In this document: one piece after another, positions 9,906-18,795 of the stretch
Layout of the letters: the number at the start of each line of letters is the position of its first letter
Position numbering within the stretch: the stretch's first letter is position 1
Assembly: GCA_043813605.1 (NCBI GenBank)
Contig: JBDRKX010000057.1
Location: forward strand, 886 to 64,885
Direction of reading: 5' to 3'
DNA from: Elusimicrobiota bacterium
Lineage (GTDB): Bacteria; CG03; SLGR01; JBDRKX01
DNA length: 64,000 nt
Program-made: the position numbers and the translations under genes
The notes under the pieces: model-generated
The model's database searches: none
The model's input: the letters and a program-made list of their open reading frames with translations, nothing else
Told to the model about the DNA's origin: nothing

Positions 9906-10996
9906 TTTAGTTCATTCCCCAGCGTTCTGCATAACATATCAGTTAATTTTAGAGGATTAAACAGTATGTTCGTGAGCAGATTGCATTCGTGTGTGCAGTA
10001 GCATTTTGTCCGTCTGATATGGGCTCTTATTGTCCGGGCTTCTTCTGAAAAAACCAGTTTTTTCAGGCTATAACCGGACTCCCGCAGATTTCCGATCTTC
10101 ATATCAAGCAGCTCGCACGGAAATACATCCCCGTTACTTTGTATTACAGCACTCATTTTACCGGCATAGCATTGCACCTGCCTGCTTTGATCTTCCAGTG
10201 TTTTCAATATTATTTTTCTTCTCAGCATATTGAAAGGCACATAAATCTTTGAGAACATACCGCTGTCACCGCCCCATTCCTGTCCTTCAGAATAATCGTT
10301 TTCTTCCATATTAGATATATCCCTGTAATAATCCGGATTGTATGCTTTGAAAGCCTTATCCCTGGTATAACCCCTGGTCAGTATTACAGTTATTGAATCC
10401 GGCTGCATCACCCTGAAAACATAGTCATAAGTCTTTTTTATATTCTCCTGATTAGCCGCCGAAAAAGTAATGTTTACCCCGAGATTCAGATTCTTATATC
10501 TTTTTTTAACCTCTTTCAGCATACGGAATGTTTCAAGAGCACAGGAGAAGACACCTTCATGACCCCTGATATTATCGTGCTCTTCTTTTATTCCGTCGAT
10601 CGCAATATCTACACTGAACTGTATATTACGGCATTTCTTCAGGATTTTCTCAACAGATGCCGCAATATTGTCCGATAACAGTCCGTTTGTAGGAGTTGTT
10701 ATTGTCTGAACTCCGTTGTTCTTTGCGAATATATATACTATTTCCGGCAGGTCACTACGCAGATACGGTTCTCCACCGGTCAGATTCAGAAAAAAAAACC
10801 GGCCGGCATTTTGTGAAATCTGCCGTATCTCGTCATAACTCAATTCATCTGCCGTATTGATGCTGTTTTTCACATTAAAACAGTGGCCACAGCTGCAATT
10901 GCAGTTTCCTGTCACAAAAAAAGTAATATATTCCGGCATCTGCATAGTCTTAAAAAACACTTTACCCGCCAGTCTGGCAATATCAGGCACTCTCAT
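9902..10996 (-). CDS. Radical SAM protein with C-terminal SPASM/twitch-like Cys cluster
   Basis: FVTGNCNCSCGHCFN CxxxCxxC; LTGGEPYL; C-terminal CYAG...FPCELL...CYCTHEC. The track ORF (to 11254) is trimmed to the internal Met (MRVPDIARL) at 10996, which abuts the stop of the GT2 gene. Confidence 0.7.
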   Translation of the reverse strand: MRVPDIARLAGKVFFKTMQMPEYITFFVTGNCNCSCGHCFNVKNSINTADELSYDEIRQISQNAGRFFFLNLTGGEPYLRSDLPEIVYIFAKNNGVQTITTPTNGLLSDNIAASVEKILKKCRNIQFSVDIAIDGIKEEHDNIRGHEGVFSCALETFRMLKEVKKRYKNLNLGVNITFSAANQENIKKTYDYVFRVMQPDSITVILTRGYTRDKAFKAYNPDYYRDISNMEENDYSEGQEWGGDSGMFSKIYVPFNMLRRKIILKTLEDQSRQVQCYAGKMSAVIQSNGDVFPCELLDMKIGNLRESGYSLKKLVFSEEARTIRAHIRRTKCYCTHECNLLTNILFNPLKLTDMLCRTLGNELK

Positions 10997-12039
10997 TTCA
11001 GCATCCTGCTCGATATATAATCTATTCCTCCTAATATAAAACCAAAACCGGAATATAGGTTTGTAAAATAATTCATCGGTATAAACCCGATTACAAAAAG
11101 CAGTCCTTTTTTCCTTACAATAAATCTGAAAAGTATTGCATTTGCTATAAAAAAAGACGGTACAGTCAGTATCATGGCTGAAAAAAAGACCTTTAGCGGG
11201 ATAATACCAAATATAAAAAAGGCTACCTGCACTACCATTAAATATGACATGCATACGCTTATAATATTATTTATCCTTGTGTCTTGATCGTTAGTGAATT
11301 TTTTATGCTTCAGGATGAGCTTGGTCCATGGTACGGCACGGGAGAACAGATCAGATGCGACCAGTGTCAGGAGATTATAGCTCTTATGATGTATTACCTG
11401 TATTTTCTTGTTAAGATATATCCTGTGGCCGGCATCCACCAGCCTGTATCCAAGTTCAATATCTTCTACCGAAGTCTTACTGAAACTCTCATCAAATCCT
11501 CCCACCTGCCGGAAAGCATCTTTGCGGACCGCCCCGCACCCGGACCAGAAGAGAAAAGCATCCTTTGATGAGGTCTGGTGTGTATAGTAACTTATCAGAT
11601 TTTTATATACAGAAAAAAAATTCTTACATATCGTCTCCCTGGCATATGAGCCTATAACGGCACTTATTTGCGGATTATGCATGAAAGTCCGCGCTATTTT
11701 TCCTAATGTATTTTTTTCGACAAAGACATCGGCATCTATAAAAACCAGTATCTCCCCCACAGCCTTTTGCGCCCCCCGGTTTCTTGATACTGCGGCGCCT
11801 GTCCGGGAACCGGCTATTATTACACGGCAGGGAAAATCCCCGGCTATCTTAACTGACTCGTCAACGGAATGATCATCTACGACTATTATTTCGTAGCTTT
11901 TATAATCCGAACTTAATATGCTCTTTAAACACCTCCTCAGGCTGACTGCAGCATTACGTACCGGGATTATGACTGATATATTAAACTCTTCTGCCATTAT
12001 CCGCATCAAAGTAACGCTCAGCTTCCTCTGCCGCATCAA
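10993..12039 (-). CDS. Family 2 glycosyltransferase with C-terminal TM segments (GtrB/polyprenyl-phosphate sugar synthase-like)
   Basis: ISVIIPVRNAAVSLRRCL...IIVVDDHSVDES GT-A signature with DxD-like VDD and FIDADV. About 4 hydrophobic helices at the C-terminus. The true start may be an internal Met (MAEEF), since the 5' end overlaps the next gene. Confidence 0.75.
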   Translation of the reverse strand: MMRQRKLSVTLMRIMAEEFNISVIIPVRNAAVSLRRCLKSILSSDYKSYEIIVVDDHSVDESVKIAGDFPCRVIIAGSRTGAAVSRNRGAQKAVGEILVFIDADVFVEKNTLGKIARTFMHNPQISAVIGSYARETICKNFFSVYKNLISYYTHQTSSKDAFLFWSGCGAVRKDAFRQVGGFDESFSKTSVEDIELGYRLVDAGHRIYLNKKIQVIHHKSYNLLTLVASDLFSRAVPWTKLILKHKKFTNDQDTRINNIISVCMSYLMVVQVAFFIFGIIPLKVFFSAMILTVPSFFIANAILFRFIVRKKGLLFVIGFIPMNYFTNLYSGFGFILGGIDYISSRMLK

Positions 12040-13426
12040 ATCCCATTTTCATGGCATCGGTTGCAGTTGCATACACAAATCTTCCCTGTCGGCCGGCAAG
12101 CGCCAAGTTGCCTATATCCGATAACCGGAGCATTAAACTGTCTACTGTTTTCCTGTAATCTCCTGTATACACGGGATAACTGTAGCGCCATTTTTGTGTA
12201 AAATAATCGACTATCTCATTTCTTTCTAAAAACCCGGCCTTTGAAAGACCGGCAGCAACTTCTTCCATTACAAGGCTGTCATCCATATTCCACAGATCAT
12301 CATCGGTATTAAGCGGTATTTCCACACACAGCGATGTTTTGTCTTTTGGAGCCATTCGCGCACTCCAGTTCTTCGGCTCCGTTATCCTGCTGAAGACATA
12401 ATCGTCTTCAGGAAAATATACCCAATTATTGCCCGATATGCTTTCTCTATTGATAATCAGAAAGACAAACAACATAGCTCTATATTTGACCGTGCCAGCC
12501 ATATTCTGATATTCTGCTTCCAGTTGAGGCTCCAACATCGATACAAGTTCCGGAAGAGGAACTGTAGAAATCACGTAATCGCATTTCAAAAGTGTCTCCT
12601 CACCGTCTTTTTCAATTAATATTTTCTGTGCAGTACCATTATTTACATATACATTCCTTATCTTGTTACACAGGTTTATTTCTCCCCCATTATTTTCTAT
12701 CTCACGGCCCATTTTTTCAAATATAGCGCCAATACCCAAGTCCGGATAGAAATATTCTTTAATATATGTAGCCGGAACCGATTTTTTGCGGGAAAACAGC
12801 CTGAGCATTACGTCCCAGAATCCCACGAGCGTGATCCTGCTGGAGGCCCATTCTACTGATATATCGTCTATGGACAATCCCCAGAATTTTTCCGTATAGG
12901 GTTTAAAATAGATATCATAAAGCACCCGGCCGAACCTGTTAAGGAGCCAATCCTTCAGCGTCTTCTCTTTCAGAGGTAAGACCATGTTCTTTACCGACCG
13001 TCCCATATACTCCAGCATAGCTGCAAACAGTATCACCGGAGACATATTAAACAGCAGGTTTCCTAACCTTAGCGGATATGCCACGAACTTGCGTCTGATA
13101 AAAATACTGCTGTTTCTTTTTCTCACTACGAGGTCGGAAGGAGCAATTTTTTTTATCTCATCCAGCACCTTCTCGTTGTCGGGGTAAAACCTGTGCCCAC
13201 CGAAGTCAAATATAAAGTCCCCGTACTTTATCGATGCGCAAAGCCCCCCTATGTCAGGTCGCTCATCAAATATACAGACTTTATATCCTCCGGCTGCTAA
13301 TTTAGTGGCCGCTGCAAGACCTGCCGGCCCCGCACCGAGTACAGCAACAGTTTTTTGTTCCGATTTTCCGTTTTTATGGTTTATCAACATCACATTCCGT
13401 TTTTTAGTAGAAATCCCCAGGATCAA
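11981..13426 (-). CDS. FAD/NAD(P)-binding oxidoreductase (amine oxidase / phytoene desaturase-like fold)
   Basis: Dinucleotide-binding motif VAVLGAGPAGLAAATKLA...FDERPDIGG near the N-terminus. Length 481 aa. Confidence 0.7.
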   Translation of the reverse strand: MILGISTKKRNVMLINHKNGKSEQKTVAVLGAGPAGLAAATKLAAGGYKVCIFDERPDIGGLCASIKYGDFIFDFGGHRFYPDNEKVLDEIKKIAPSDLVVRKRNSSIFIRRKFVAYPLRLGNLLFNMSPVILFAAMLEYMGRSVKNMVLPLKEKTLKDWLLNRFGRVLYDIYFKPYTEKFWGLSIDDISVEWASSRITLVGFWDVMLRLFSRKKSVPATYIKEYFYPDLGIGAIFEKMGREIENNGGEINLCNKIRNVYVNNGTAQKILIEKDGEETLLKCDYVISTVPLPELVSMLEPQLEAEYQNMAGTVKYRAMLFVFLIINRESISGNNWVYFPEDDYVFSRITEPKNWSARMAPKDKTSLCVEIPLNTDDDLWNMDDSLVMEEVAAGLSKAGFLERNEIVDYFTQKWRYSYPVYTGDYRKTVDSLMLRLSDIGNLALAGRQGRFVYATATDAMKMGFDAAEEAERYFDADNGRRV

Positions 13427-13505
13427 TAATGGCTTTTCTTAGTATATAATAAATCATTAGACATATCTTTGCAAAGCTTCTTTAGGTTCTTTAGCTTTGA
13501 TTCAG

Positions 13506-14330
13506 TTATAATATTTTCAGGTACTGGCCTATCGGTTGGAACTCAAAATCAGACAACAAAGCGTTCAACTTACGTTCGGTCGACCTGATGTTATGATAAT
13601 GGACAAAGCGCCTTTTTGCTGAAATACCTTCAATTACCGGAATCTCCGGATCGAGGTCGAATGGATGTATATATATAACTGCCGGACTGCCTTCACTGTT
13701 AACAGTTCTGATCGCCCACTTTATGAAATTGTAGTGCCAGAACCGCAGAAAAAAACCTCCGGCAAACGGTATATTCCGGCCCAGTATTCTGACAGTAGAA
13801 GAAGGTAATTCAATGATCTTTTCAGATTCCGCCAATTCGATCTCATACTTGTACCGCTCGGAATCCTTTATACCGAATATTGACGTTTTAAACGGATATA
13901 TACTACAGTCATATCTTATGCCATATGCATATAATATCTTCATTGCCCAAAGAGACTCTTCTGTAACTGAAAAAAGCGGCGCGCGATAACCTACAATCTT
14001 TTTTTGCGCTATATCACCTACTATATCCAGAGCTTTTTTTAAATCGAGTTCAAAATCTTTGTGAGACTGATCATATACAAGCTGATGGCTGTATCCATGA
14101 AGGGCTATTTCGTGCCCGGCTGATGATACTTTCCTTATTATCTCCGGGTACTTCTCGGCAATATAGCCGAGAACAAAGAATGTCGCTTTTACATCATATT
14201 CATCGAGAAGGCCAAGCAGTTTTTCAGTTTCAGGCATAATACGGCTTTCGAAACCGGACCAGTCACTGAATTTGATAGACTCTATACCGCAAAACCAGTC
14301 TTCCAGGTCAATTGAAAGACAGTTGATCAT
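13506..14330 (-). CDS. Polysaccharide deacetylase (NodB homology domain)
   Basis: N-terminal LSIDLEDWF motif and HGYSH His motif typical of carbohydrate esterase 4/NodB deacetylases. The DxEDWF start resembles the exopolysaccharide-locus deacetylase subfamily. Confidence 0.7.
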   Translation of the reverse strand: MINCLSIDLEDWFCGIESIKFSDWSGFESRIMPETEKLLGLLDEYDVKATFFVLGYIAEKYPEIIRKVSSAGHEIALHGYSHQLVYDQSHKDFELDLKKALDIVGDIAQKKIVGYRAPLFSVTEESLWAMKILYAYGIRYDCSIYPFKTSIFGIKDSERYKYEIELAESEKIIELPSSTVRILGRNIPFAGGFFLRFWHYNFIKWAIRTVNSEGSPAVIYIHPFDLDPEIPVIEGISAKRRFVHYHNIRSTERKLNALLSDFEFQPIGQYLKIL

Positions 14331-14382
14331 ATAAATCTAATATTGCCGCTGACAACATAAAGCAAAGTAGAGTGGCGCTATA

Positions 14383-14925
14383 TCATTTATAGGTTCTGAG
14401 CACAGCTTTCACCCTGGCCGCCAATTCAACCAGTGAAAAATCCTTGCCCAGGTAGTCATCCGCCCCCGCCCTCAATCCTTCTATAATATCATTTTCATCA
14501 GCGTTCCCATTGATTATGATTATAGGAATATGCGCCGTTGGTTTGTTCTTTTTCAGAATACGACAGATACTCAAAACATCGACATCGGGAAGGGTCAAGT
14601 CCAATATGATCAGACTAATATCAGTGTTCTCGACACTTGAAAGGCCTTCTTTGTCAGCTGAATAGACCACCCCGAAGCCCCTGTTACGCAAGGCTCTTTC
14701 CAGCGAATTAGCCAAAGCGAGCTCATCTTCTATAATGAGTATCCTGTTACTTTCAGGAGTACGCGATGAAATTCTGGTAGAAACCAATCCGACTATATTA
14801 TAAAAATCTTCAACTCGGTTATCTTTAATAGCGGATATGGCTTTCTTATATACATCACTCGGCACAAGCATCAGCTCATATAAACCTATGCCGTTCTTAT
14901 TGCCGCCGTATTTGCTTTTTTTCAT
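14383..14925 (-). CDS. Single-domain response regulator (receiver only) with a 55-aa N-terminal extension
   Basis: ILIIEDE...LILDLTLPDVD...DDYLGKDF receiver motifs. No output domain. Confidence 0.75.
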   Translation of the reverse strand: MKKSKYGGNKNGIGLYELMLVPSDVYKKAISAIKDNRVEDFYNIVGLVSTRISSRTPESNRILIIEDELALANSLERALRNRGFGVVYSADKEGLSSVENTDISLIILDLTLPDVDVLSICRILKKNKPTAHIPIIIINGNADENDIIEGLRAGADDYLGKDFSLVELAARVKAVLRTYK

Positions 14926-14959
14926 TACTGATAGTCAAAAAAAAAGAAAAGGATATCCG

Positions 14960-15652
14960 TTATTTCTCTTCGATTTTATATCCCACACCTCTGATTGTCT
15001 TTATCAAGTTGCCGTCTGAACCCAGAGACTTTCGAAGGTTTTTGACATGCGCATCAATAGCCCTTGAAGAACCGAAGTACTCATAACCGAGGACACTTTC
15101 ACACAGGAAATCCCGGCTCAATACCGTGCCCCTTTTTTCTATGAGAGCATATAACAGGTTGAATTCTTTTGGCCTAAGGTCGACTCTTTTTCCTTTTACT
15201 TCTACAGTATGTGCTTCATTATCAAGCACTATACTTCCAACTGTAAGTATGTCACTTTCATTTTCCCTGTATTCGACACGTCTTAAAACTGCTTTTACTC
15301 TTGCTACAAATTCCCCTTTATTGAAAGGTTTTGTGATATAATCATCCGCCCCCATCTCAAGCCCTATGATCTTATCCACCTCTCGGGAACGCACGGTCAA
15401 TATGATTATAGGGATCGTCTTTGTCTTCAATTCTTTTCTCAGAATACGGCAAACTTCTAATCCGCCGATTGTAGGAATACCGAGATCCAATATTATAAGA
15501 TCCGGCAAAAGGGCTATAGTCTTTCTTATTGCTTCCTCGCTGTTAACCCCTACTATAACATTGAATCCTTCATGCTCAAGGATATCCTTGACAACCTCCC
15601 TTATGGACTGTTCATCATCTATAACAAGCACTTTTTTCTTCATAGTTGCCAC
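14960..15652 (-). CDS. OmpR/PhoB-family response regulator (receiver plus winged-helix DNA-binding domain)
   Basis: VLVIDDEQSIRE...LILDLGIP receiver. C-terminal RPKEFNLLYAL...GYKIEEK winged helix. Confidence 0.85.
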   Translation of the reverse strand: MATMKKKVLVIDDEQSIREVVKDILEHEGFNVIVGVNSEEAIRKTIALLPDLIILDLGIPTIGGLEVCRILRKELKTKTIPIIILTVRSREVDKIIGLEMGADDYITKPFNKGEFVARVKAVLRRVEYRENESDILTVGSIVLDNEAHTVEVKGKRVDLRPKEFNLLYALIEKRGTVLSRDFLCESVLGYEYFGSSRAIDAHVKNLRKSLGSDGNLIKTIRGVGYKIEEK

Positions 15653-15656
15653 CTCT

Positions 15657-17438
15657 TTACTCCGCTCTACGGTCTAATACATAATTACTCTTCACATTTT
15701 TCTTTGCATATTTCTTAAGCTCTGTACCCAATTTTGATATTTCCCCCATATGAATAAACGCTTGTTCCGCAACTCTTACAACACCTATCGAAAGCGCTAC
15801 TATCGGAAATTCTTCGACTTCTCCCTTCCTGTTCTCAATTATAATAATGCCCTTGTCCCAATCTTCTTTATTGTAATATTGAGACATCGCTTCATCAAAT
15901 TCATTGATTATTGCAGAACATATCTCATCAATCTTGTCTTCGTCTATGACACAGATGAAATCATCCCCTCCTATATGCCCTATGAAATTCCCTTCAGGAT
16001 TCATCCTTTTTATAACATCGACCAATATTCTGGCTGTTGCCTTGATAATCTCATCTCCCTTATAAAAGCCATAATAATCATTATATGACTTAAATCTATC
16101 TATATCAACATACAGAACAGCAAAATCTTCCCCGCTTTTAAGGCGCATCTCAATATTTCTTGCAATACTTGTATTACCGGGAAGATACGTAAGCGGACTA
16201 ACATTCAGACCATGCTGTGTTCTGGAAAAAGCTGCTTTAACTCTTGCCAGAAGAATCGCCGGCCTAAAAGGTTTTGTAAGATAATCATCTACTCCAAGCT
16301 CAAGTCCCTTAATCTCATCGGCTTCCGAACCTTTTGCAGTCAGCATTATTATAGGCAAGTTGCTCATAAGGACATCTTCTCTTATCTTACTGCATACTTC
16401 GAAGCCTGTCATATACGGCATCTTGACATCCAGTATGATGATATCAGGACTCTCTGCATATATCTTTTCCAGAGCTTCTTTTCCATCTTTTGCTACGATC
16501 ATTGTATACCCATGAAGCTCCAGTGTATCTTTAACCAGTTCCCGGATTATCTCCTCATCATCAGCTATCAGTATTTTAGCGCTTATTGTTTGTGGAACTT
16601 TCTTACCGTTTTTTGTTGTTTTATTCAGAACATTATTGACTGTATTCATAAGAACTTCTTTATCATAAGGCTTTGTATAGCACTCCTTTGCCCCCAGCAT
16701 AAGGCACTTCTCGCGGCATTGCTCTATGTCAATACTGGTTACAACAATTACCGGTATATTGCATGTAGCCAAGTTTTTTTTAAGTTCTTTTATTACTTCA
16801 TATCCATCCATCCCCGGCATCCTTAAATCAAGGAGGATAAGGCCTATATCCTCTTTCCGGGCGATATTTATACCTTGCTGCCCGCTCAATGCGCTAAATA
16901 CTCTCAGATCTTTGCTCTCCAGATAATCTTTGGTCATTTCAAGAACAGACTCTTCGTCATCAATTACCAGGACTGTTTGTACCTTTAATATTTTTTCACT
17001 TTTAAGTACGTGCTCTACCGTCGCATACAAATACTCTAAGTTAAAGGGTTTTGCCAGAAAATCCACTGCCCCCAATTCAATACCTTCCTCTTGAATATTC
17101 TCAATTATTGAAGTCAGAACTACCGGTATCTGGGAAGTGCATTCATCGCTCTTCAGAGATTTCAGTACTTTGAATCCGTCAATATTCGGGTTTAGTATAT
17201 CGAGTAGAATTATATCCGGCTGAGTTTCTTTTGCCTGCCTTATACCTGCGGCGCCGTCATATGCCTTGCTCACCACATATCCTTTTGACTGCATCTGCTT
17301 ACCCAGCAAATCGGCAACAGTCTGATTATTATCAATAATAAGGACGTTGCTAGGCACTTTCGCTCCCGGATACCGGCAATGTAAAATAAAATGTAGTACC
17401 CTTTCCCATCTCGCTCTCAACCCATATCCTGCCGCCAT
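15657..17438 (-). CDS. Triple-receiver GGDEF-domain protein (putative diguanylate cyclase with a variant GGDDF motif)
   Basis: Three REC domains (VLIIDNNQ.., VLVIDDEES.., ILIADDEEI..). The GGDEF domain has the motif HIGGDDF preceded by DIDRFKSYND. The 5' end overlaps the kinase gene by about 90 nt, so the true start is probably internal and non-ATG. Confidence 0.75.
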   Translation of the reverse strand: MAAGYGLRARWERVLHFILHCRYPGAKVPSNVLIIDNNQTVADLLGKQMQSKGYVVSKAYDGAAGIRQAKETQPDIILLDILNPNIDGFKVLKSLKSDECTSQIPVVLTSIIENIQEEGIELGAVDFLAKPFNLEYLYATVEHVLKSEKILKVQTVLVIDDEESVLEMTKDYLESKDLRVFSALSGQQGINIARKEDIGLILLDLRMPGMDGYEVIKELKKNLATCNIPVIVVTSIDIEQCREKCLMLGAKECYTKPYDKEVLMNTVNNVLNKTTKNGKKVPQTISAKILIADDEEIIRELVKDTLELHGYTMIVAKDGKEALEKIYAESPDIIILDVKMPYMTGFEVCSKIREDVLMSNLPIIMLTAKGSEADEIKGLELGVDDYLTKPFRPAILLARVKAAFSRTQHGLNVSPLTYLPGNTSIARNIEMRLKSGEDFAVLYVDIDRFKSYNDYYGFYKGDEIIKATARILVDVIKRMNPEGNFIGHIGGDDFICVIDEDKIDEICSAIINEFDEAMSQYYNKEDWDKGIIIIENRKGEVEEFPIVALSIGVVRVAEQAFIHMGEISKLGTELKKYAKKNVKSNYVLDRRAE

Positions 17439-18762
17439 GCTGTTTTACTATACCTTCCGCGATAGCAAGGCCAAGACCCGTTCCCTTTGGACCGGCTATA
17501 TTTCTGGTACTATCCGATTGTTCAAACTGCCCGAACACTTTAACAAGATCTTCTTCGGGAATACCCGGGCCGGTATCTTTAACATATACGAATATCCGAC
17601 GAACATCTTTTCTTCCCGCACCGATAATTATATATCCATTATCCGGAGTGAATTTCAGCGCATTGCCTATAAGGTTTGTAAGTACCTGGTTGATCCTTAC
17701 TTCATCGGCCATAACAAGCGGCAATGACTCTTCTATGTTTATTGAAATCTCTATCTTCTTTTTTTCTGCTACTGAAGTAAGCAGTTTTGCGACTTTTTCT
17801 ATGATATTTCTCATATCCTGAGCCTCTATATCAAATGACATCCTGGCTGATTTAATACTTGCAATATCCAGAATATCGTTAATAAACTGCGACAGCCTCT
17901 GCGCACTGCCCTTCATTATCCTCAGCGCTTTTTGCCGCTTAGACAGAGCAATAGTTTCACCTGCTTCCATAAGAAAATCTATATAGCCCTCAATAGCTGC
18001 CAGCGGAGTACGCAGTTCATGCGAAACTGCATTAACAAAATCATCTTTGGCCTGGTCCAGTTCCGCAAGTTTTTCGGCCATCTGGTTGAATTCATATGCA
18101 AGCATTCCCAATTCGTCTTTTGATCTAATATTTATGCGAGTAGTGAGATCTCCTTCTCCAATTGCATTAGCCCCGACAGCCAGTCTCTTTATCGGCACTG
18201 CTATTGTCCTTGAAACTACAAGAGCGCATACAAGACCGAATAATACTGCAACCAGAGAGATCCCTATGATCCTTTTCCTTGAAGCTTTTAATCGTTCATT
18301 AATATACTTTTCGTAATCTGTCTGATTAAATCCGATCTGCCCTACACCCAGTCTCTGGTCCTCTGAATAGACAGGCGCGGACATTTCTAAAATATTTTTT
18401 CTGTATCCTGTTATGTATTCTTCTGTTATATTACTGCTGATAAATCTTTTGCTCGCTGCCCTGTAGTAGCTGTCTTTATCGGTATATATGATCCTTCCCT
18501 GAGGACCTATAAAATTTATATACTGAACTCCCCAATAGGAGTTTTTAAGAGCTCGCATATTGTGAAACAGAAGCAGCTCATCATGCAAAAGCAGTGATTC
18601 TTTTGATATATTGGCAAGATTCGCAAATATGGATTTCTGGCGGTTTTTGATTTCCTCGATCTGGTTCTTTTGCTCAAATATGAAGAGGGTATAACTGATC
18701 ATAAGAACCACTAGTATAATTATAGATACAGTGAAAATACTTAATTTAGTTCTAAGTTTCAT
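17350..18762 (-). CDS. Sensor histidine kinase (two TM helices, periplasmic sensor, HAMP, HisKA, HATPase_c)
   Basis: HAMP (IAVPIKRLAVGANAIGEGDL). H-box VSHELRTPLAAIEGY. G-boxes DTGPGIP and GTGLGLAIA. Confidence 0.85.
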   Translation of the reverse strand: MKLRTKLSIFTVSIIILVVLMISYTLFIFEQKNQIEEIKNRQKSIFANLANISKESLLLHDELLLFHNMRALKNSYWGVQYINFIGPQGRIIYTDKDSYYRAASKRFISSNITEEYITGYRKNILEMSAPVYSEDQRLGVGQIGFNQTDYEKYINERLKASRKRIIGISLVAVLFGLVCALVVSRTIAVPIKRLAVGANAIGEGDLTTRINIRSKDELGMLAYEFNQMAEKLAELDQAKDDFVNAVSHELRTPLAAIEGYIDFLMEAGETIALSKRQKALRIMKGSAQRLSQFINDILDIASIKSARMSFDIEAQDMRNIIEKVAKLLTSVAEKKKIEISINIEESLPLVMADEVRINQVLTNLIGNALKFTPDNGYIIIGAGRKDVRRIFVYVKDTGPGIPEEDLVKVFGQFEQSDSTRNIAGPKGTGLGLAIAEGIVKQHGGRIWVESEMGKGTTFYFTLPVSGSESA

Positions 18763-18795
18763 CTCATAAAATTCTTACAAATTTTCTCAATAAAG

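Noticed and set aside
9902-11254. Long N-terminal extensions on several track ORFs (9902-11254, 20969-22162, 18796-19869, 51712-52986)
   Set aside because: The extensions overlap the 3' ends of upstream genes by 50-260 nt and contain no conserved motifs. Internal Met or CTG starts that abut the upstream stop codons give gene lengths typical for the families.
16212-16826. 204-aa plus-strand ORF
   Set aside because: It is antisense to the triple-receiver GGDEF gene. The translation is Cys/Phe/Ile-rich nonsense with no domain.
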